From NCBI GenBank assembly GCA_019648995.1, contig BLXT01005793.1, forward strand, positions 717,157 to 733,215: DNA of 16,059 bases, read 5' to 3'. The stretch is from Plakobranchus ocellatus (lineage: Eukaryota). Of this stretch, positions 10,596-16,059 are shown in pieces. The translations under genes were made by a program, and so were the position numbers. A model generated the notes under the pieces. The model ran no database searches. It saw only the letters and a list, made by a program, of their open reading frames with translations, and was not told the origin of the DNA. Within the stretch, counting starts at the first letter, position 1; each line of letters starts with the position of its first letter.

Positions 10596-10715
10596 CCCAT
10601 CCATAAATGACTCTGTAGCCTTAAGAATGAGGCCCTCATCCTCTCCCATTATGTACACATTCTGGATTCCTTTCTCCAGTTTTTCACCAGGCATCAAGAA
10701 AAATGACTTTTCACC
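10596..10715 (-). CDS. MVP: MVP exon ([40 protein letters not shown])
   Basis: Matches human [40 protein letters not shown]. Acceptor is ttcctgacatttag|GGT and donor is GGG|gtgagt. Length 120 nt = 40 codons. Not in the ORF track because it has no start codon. Confidence 0.88.
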
Positions 10716-11706
10716 CTAAATGTCAGGAACATATTGAAGAAAAGAATTTTACTCCACAACACAGTCATGTCACATAAGATAAATTGTCTTGAGATCTGTC
10801 CCAAATGAGTTGAACAAGACATTTTTGACATTTTTTTTTTGGTTGCTTTTTTTTCTTTTTAAACAACCTTAAATGCTCATATATTTGTATCCAATATTCA
10901 GTAATACAAAGCTCAAAGAATTCAATTCCAGACAAAACCACTAATTTAAAATCTTCAAAATGCAACTTGCCACTTCTTTGGACCGGTCTTGACACAGTTA
11001 TCAAATCTTTTATGAAAGCCTGCCAGTTTCCTTTATGGCTACTTCCACTAAGTTAAGGTTATGAATTTTAACAGCCTAAACATTGTCAACTCAATAGCAA
11101 GTAATGATGACTTTCAAAAAAAAAAAAGTGTCAATGAACTATTAAACTAATTTTAAAACTGCGCAGAAATTATAAACCTGTCCCAATAACACTTATCATC
11201 TCAAATCAAGCAGATGGCAGATGAAAAAAAAAAAGAAAAGGTTTCAACGTTTCACTAAATGCTAATATACATCCTTTTTTTCTTTTATATTTAGTAAAAT
11301 TTGAGGAAATAAAAAAGGTTTTCTCATGTAATAAAGATTTTTTTTTTTGCTGATTATACACTAATAACAAAAGAGAAAAAAATTGGTTACAAGATCAGTA
11401 CTAAATGATTCTGAAATAGCTGATAACAGCTTCATGCAAAGTAAATAAATCCTTCATATGAAAAATTTCAGAAAAGGTGGAGAAGCTCATGTCTTGCTTC
11501 AGAACTTAAATATACTTCATTTTCTCTTTTATTCAAATTTTTCAAAGGCCAGAACAAATAAAATTTATTTTCATTTTTTCCCTCTTTTTAGAGGTTGGAA
11601 GGTCAAATGGAGTAAATTAAAACTAAAGATCTCAATTACAATTTTCACTCTCCCCTCATTTATACAAGTTTGAATACATTTTCAATTTGTGCACCCTTTG
11701 GTTTAC

Positions 11707-11817
11707 CTTGACGAGTTTCTTTTGGCCTAGTTGGGGATGTCCCTGGGCATCTGTTGGGTCCAGGATCACACAATACTGGCGGTTGTTAAGAGTTGTGATG
11801 TTCACAACACCTACAAC
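11707..11817 (-). CDS. MVP: MVP exon ([37 protein letters not shown])
   Basis: Matches human [37 protein letters not shown]. Donor is AAG|gtaaac. Acceptor is taken as aaaactttttag|GTT (first base 11817), which gives phase 0 consistent with the upstream exon ending on a complete codon. A second AG 7 nt downstream (first base 11810) would break the frame. Length 111 nt = 37 codons. Confidence 0.82.
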
Positions 11818-12138
11818 CTAAAAAGTTTTAAAAAAAAAGAAATGGCAGTTTAGAGGCGCTAAACCCCGCAAAAAAGACTGTGACTGCTTTACATCTTACC
11901 CCGCAGCATATATAACAGCACAAGAGAGTTTAATTCATAATTATTTTGTTCTTCATGTCAAGCGCCCAATTTGAAAAGGACTAGATCTATATTATTGAAA
12001 ATCTGCATTAACAGCCATTCCCAAAGACAATTCATGAACAAAGCCATGTTTGAGACCACATTATTAATCACCAGTATGGCTCTCAACTATTATACCACCG
12101 ACACTATCAAATTTTTAAATGGAAAAATAGATTTATAC

Positions 12139-12296
12139 TTAGTTATTGGTAACATATACCCAATGAATGTATTTTATATTCCTAATACTTACACTTAGTT
12201 ATTGGTAACATATACCCAATGAAGGTATTTTACATTCCTAAGACTTACACTTAGTTATTGGTAACATATACCCAATGAATGTATTCCACATTGCTA
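12139..12296. repeat. 56-bp tandem repeat (minisatellite), about 2.8 copies, unit ttagttattggtaacatatacccaatgaatgtattttatattcctaatacttacac
   Basis: Copies are at 12139-12194 and 12195-12250, with a partial third copy at 12251-12296. There are a few substitutions (gaatg/gaagg, ttttat/ttttac/ttccac, aatact/aagact). It is intronic, between MVP exons 11707-11817 and 12643-12768. Confidence 0.9.
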
Positions 12297-12642
12297 CGAT
12301 TCATTCATTTGTGTATTTTTCTTCTTGATATACAGGGCATTTTATAATGATTATTTCTAAATATCAAATAATTATTTTTGAAATATCTGGTAAAAGTAAA
12401 TAAAAACCTTATTCTAAATAAAAGTGAACTTGGATTACAAATTTACTCTAATCTAAGAAAAATTGATTTTAATATCTTTTAATTTCAAAACCTCCATTTC
12501 ACTAGTCATGACTATATCCTAATATCAGTTTAGAAGCTGGTAAACAAACTTTTCCACTGGAAAAAAAAATTTTTCATCTAAAAATCTATGCATACATAAA
12601 ATATAATTCTTTGAATATCAAGACACTGAGCATATAAATTAC

Positions 12643-12768
12643 CTCTTCATACACATTTGGAATATGTGTCTCTGTCTCCTTCATTGTAATCAGCCATTCC
12701 TCCCCATTCTTTCTAACAATGCCAAAATCATCTTTGAAAGTTCTAAGGGCTCTCATGTGAAGGGCTTT
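12643..12768 (-). CDS. MVP: MVP exon ([42 protein letters not shown])
   Basis: Matches human [42 protein letters not shown]. Acceptor is ttttaccataacag|AAA and donor is GAG|gtaatt. Length 126 nt = 42 codons. Not in the ORF track. Confidence 0.88.
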
Positions 12769-13699
12769 CTGTTATGGTAAAAGCAAAGTCGGATAAGTAA
12801 AAGAGTGAGAGACAAAACAATTATTAGGTACTGACCCATATGTGTGTTAAAGATTTGATGGAATTTATTTTAAAAATTATATGCCAAAGCAATGAGTTCT
12901 ATTGCCATGAAAGGAGATATGATGTAATGGGAACATGCATTATAAATATTTGTCTTAACATTTTAAAATAAATTTCTCTAAAAGAGTTCAAGAGATCTGA
13001 AAATGATTGATATCAATCAACATCCATGTCAATGCTCTCCAGTTTGCATTCATGTGTATTTTTCTATCAGCTTTCAGCAAAATGTGTGATTTTTTATGGT
13101 ACCTAAGAATCTTGAAGATTTTATAACCAAAATATTTTTTTTCTTCTCTATGTGAGCATGTGTGTGTTTTTTAGTGGGATTTTTTTTTGTTGTTGTTGTT
13201 TGTTTTCCAGTAATGAATGCTACAAAACTTAAAGGAAAAATAATGTAAATAAGAAATTCAAAGCTTATATAATGACACATACACTTGGAATCAATTTTTC
13301 AAATTTGTATTTCTGTACATTTTTTTTTTCTCAATATATTGAAACCTATGTGATCCCTCGCAGTGGCCCATCACTATCACAAATTTTTTAAAGTTTATTT
13401 TGAACTTATACTTCAGTTTTCTTGGACTGCTAGTGTGAGATAAGGTAAAATGTTGAATTTTAAAGGTGTGAACTCAAAAAAAAAAAGCACAGCTGAAAAC
13501 AACAAAATTGATGAAACAATACTTAATTATGTATTCAATATAGCAAAAATTATGAAGAAAAAGAGTGAAAACCATGCTGTCAGAATTTTTTTTATAAGAC
13601 TTAATTAATTGAACATCTGATAGCATTGCTAGATGCGGTCTTAACATTAAATTGATATGCAAAAGATAATTTGAAATCAAGTTAAAATGTTGAACAAAC

Positions 13700-13929
13700 C
13701 TTCTCTGTGAGCACATAGGCATTAACAATATCCACAACCTCCTCATAGGCCCCAGGCAAATATGCTCCTGTCTTCTTAACCAGCCACTCTTCCCCAGTCA
13801 CCCTGGGAATGCTATCTCCACGAGCCACACATTCTTTGCGTGCTCTCAGACGGATGGCTTGGTTTGGGCCAATCACAGTGGCACGAATAGTCTCTTCCAC
13901 AACACATTCTTTCCTTGGAATATAGGTGC
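13700..13929 (-). CDS. MVP: MVP exon ((G)[76 protein letters not shown])
   Basis: Matches human [76 protein letters not shown]. Acceptor is ctaaactttgacag|GC, where an in-frame TAA just upstream forbids extension. Donor is AAG|gtttgt. Length 230 nt = 2 + 76 codons (phase 1 at the 5' side). This is the most 5' exon I can find in the window. It lies within track ORF 13682..13936(-). Confidence 0.88.
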
Positions 13930-15482
13930 CTGTCAAAGTTTAGATCATAGAGAATTGCAATTAGAACTGATGTGTTTTGTTGTTTGTGGCTGCAAGTACA
14001 GCAAAACTGCCTCTCGCTATCAAAAGGTGTTAAAAATTTGTTTTTATGATGAGTTTTGGTGCAAATTAAAGTGATCAAAGCTAAACTTACATTTAGAGGG
14101 GTATTCTTAATTTCCACCAGCTAATGTGTTCTATCTTCAAGCAACCTAATGGATGTCATAATCACGGCTTTAGGTAGTGATTGAAAAAAAGGGCGGGAAA
14201 AACATTATGTTGCATACCATAGGAGACAATCATTAATATATATTGGGCAGCACAAGAATACATTCTTATTTTTCTCTGAATTTTCATTTGTATCTATATT
14301 TTTTTTTTTTTATTTAAAAAAACTACACTGTAATTTTGTCCTTAAGTCAGAAGGTTAAGGACTAAGACTAATGATGGATGATTTTTCTGAAGAACTTGCT
14401 TTATTTTTGCACTTTGGTCTGAAAAAAATTAATTTTACATTTATTTTCAGATTTGGTGGACATATACTATGGCTAAAACAAATTTGATGGTGCTAAACAA
14501 CTAAATACATCCACATCTGATGTTGTGCTTCTTTCATATTCTAATCCCACCCTATCCACATTCTTTCCTCTCTTTCAGAAAGCATAGGATTTCTTGGCAT
14601 TCTAGTGAACATTTAAATGTTTTTTAAAGGAAGGGAGAATAGGCCTGGGAGATAAGTTATTAAAAAATGATTGGCACTGATTTAAATCTTTAAACCATTG
14701 TGCAATGTAACATACGAGAACATAATGATTCCATATTAAATCACTAGTTGAGTTACGTTAGCTATGTAGTTGAAGTTAAATACATGCTGGTTTAAGTTAG
14801 GACCAAACTTTAATGAATATCAATCAGAAGAAGCTCTCTCAAAATTCAGTTGCGGTAATTTTCCATTACTAAGAAAAGTAGTTCATCTGAACACTTTCAA
14901 TTTGAAAGAAATCAGATAATTGCTTCTTAAAATATAAATGAATTACATGAACACATGTGAATAGACAAAAAAAAATTGTCAGAGTTAGTGGATGTATGCA
15001 TATATAATGTAAAAATGAATCCCTAATTAGATCAAAATGGAGACACTATTTTCTTATCAGATTGCAGGACTCATACCAGTAACAATTACGTGAAAATAAC
15101 TCGAGATTACAGAGTGAGTTAAGTAAAAACTTCAGGACAGCTATTCAAAAGTATACCATGATATTAAGCAGAGGTTAAAAATTTAACACAGTCTTCAACA
15201 GTCTCTTGTTCAACTTCAACGTCTTGACTGCTAGTTAATTTGCCCTGTGTCATTAAGACAATTTTCCTTAATAGCTAATCTAGATCTATCTAAAAATTTT
15301 TAATTCATTTTTATCTCATCAAGAGTCTTTCTAGATCAGGATTTACATCTAATCTATAGCTCATGTGGAGCAAAAATGGGTTAAATCTTCAGCTAGAAAT
15401 AAATATTTGGCCAATTAAATAAACGGAAGAAATGCTATTTAAATAATAACTCATTAACAGACCTGCCAACCCCAATTTGTTC

Positions 15483-15536
15483 TCACAGGAATATTCACCT
15501 CTACTCACAGGAATATAGAAAGTCTCACAGGAATAT
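15483..15536. repeat. Short tandem repeat: tcacaggaatat recurring 3 times with a 20-22 bp period
   Basis: tcacaggaatat occurs at 15483-15494, 15505-15516 and 15525-15536, separated by divergent ~8-10 nt linkers. Confidence 0.7.
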
Positions 15537-16059
15537 GCCAGTATACAATTAAATGCGCATGGATAAACCGTATTACACCTTAATTATAGACTCGACCATA
15601 GACATTCCATATCATTTAAGTATAATATCAGAGGACAATTAATGCATTTTCGACTCGAAAGATGCAAGAAAGTATCCCCATACTCACTGCCATTAGTCCA
15701 ATAATGTTACCATTTATCAAGCCTTAAAGACCTGTAGGCTTAGGGCCTGGATGATGAATTTTTTAAAGGTGCAGTACAATGTATAAAAATTCAAAATCTA
15801 GCTCATTCAATAAAGGGTTACATGAAGAAAAAAAAAAATCTATGTCAGACAGGTCTACAGAATCTCAGTAAGGCTTAATATTGTGACCCATTGTATATTA
15901 AATAAAAGAAAACATCGAATTTTTTTTTTTTTTTTTACAGAGATCCCCGCAAGTCATGTCGGCCTACAATGTATTAATGTCTGTGTAAGCTAAGGCCTTG
16001 ACTAAAGCCTAAATTAGATCTCGAGGACCATTATCAAATTTTGATTATACATGAAGAAA

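Larger units (their letters stand above)
2540..13929 (-). other. MVP: Major vault protein gene locus, partial (3' two-thirds). It has 12 coding exons, and the 5' end with N-terminal exons is not found in the window.
   Basis: The exon chain above translates to about 697 aa of continuous MVP ortholog sequence with all junction phases consistent. No exon encoding the expected upstream segment (...GDEWLFEG) was detectable in 13930-16059 on the minus strand. For example, there is no plus-strand ccaYtc (the reverse complement of GAR-TGG) in that region. The 3' end coordinate is approximate and is set by a putative poly(A) signal. Confidence 0.85.

Noticed and set aside
13812-14117. Track ORF 13812..14117(-) (MEIKNTPLNVSLAL...), plus a GTAAGT-flanked 30-nt segment (LVEIKNTPLN|gtaagt) near 14080-14117 that looked like a micro-exon
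   Set aside because: The ORF is a different frame overlapping the real exon 13700-13929 and starts at a GTG. The micro-exon candidate has no MVP similarity, has the wrong phase to join exon 13929 (which needs a donor in phase 1), and an in-frame stop lies immediately upstream.
15741-15790. Minus-strand FIIQALSLQ, reminiscent of MVP N-terminal MATEEFIIRIPPYHY
   Set aside because: Only the FII tripeptide matches. There is no in-frame ATG upstream and a stop follows after 9 codons, with a weak donor. It is a coincidence.
1-16059. Prokaryotic-style features (operons, RBS, CRISPR arrays, defence islands)
   Set aside because: The sequence is clearly eukaryotic. It has spliced exons with GT-AG introns, microsatellites and ~30% GC introns. 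ORF-track starts at TTG/GTG are artifacts of a bacterial-style ORF finder.

Overview
This window is eukaryotic genomic DNA with AT-rich introns, canonical GT-AG splice sites and microsatellites. It is not a prokaryotic locus, so CRISPR, operon and RBS logic does not apply. Most of the window (about 2.5-13.9 kb) is the 3' two-thirds of a Major Vault Protein (MVP) ortholog on the minus strand. I reconstructed 12 coding exons, all with GT-AG boundaries and mutually consistent intron phases. Together they give about 697 aa of continuous MVP sequence: MVP repeat domains, shoulder, cap-helix coiled coil and cap-ring, ending at a TAA stop with an acidic ...KDDDDE tail. The N-terminal ~150 aa (through the GDEWLFEG motif) are not detectable in the 2.1 kb upstream of the first recovered exon. 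The 5' end of the gene therefore probably lies beyond the window end. The most unusual non-genic feature is a perfect inverted repeat with 100-bp arms and a 6-bp spacer at 9464-9669. It starts 13 nt from the 3' splice site of an MVP intron and swallows its polypyrimidine tract. It is either a real foldback/inverted duplication or a sequencing or assembly foldback artifact. Other features are a 56-bp x ~2.8 minisatellite (12139-12296), a (GA)n tract (7873-7950), short tandem repeats, and a weak possible convergent terminal exon of a neighbouring gene at the extreme 5' end (32-246, + strand). Most ORFs in the supplied six-frame track are spurious: they are wrong-frame or opposite-strand readings of MVP exons, or low-complexity intron sequence, often started at TTG/GTG. 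Several true MVP exon frames are missing from the track because the exons contain no start codon.
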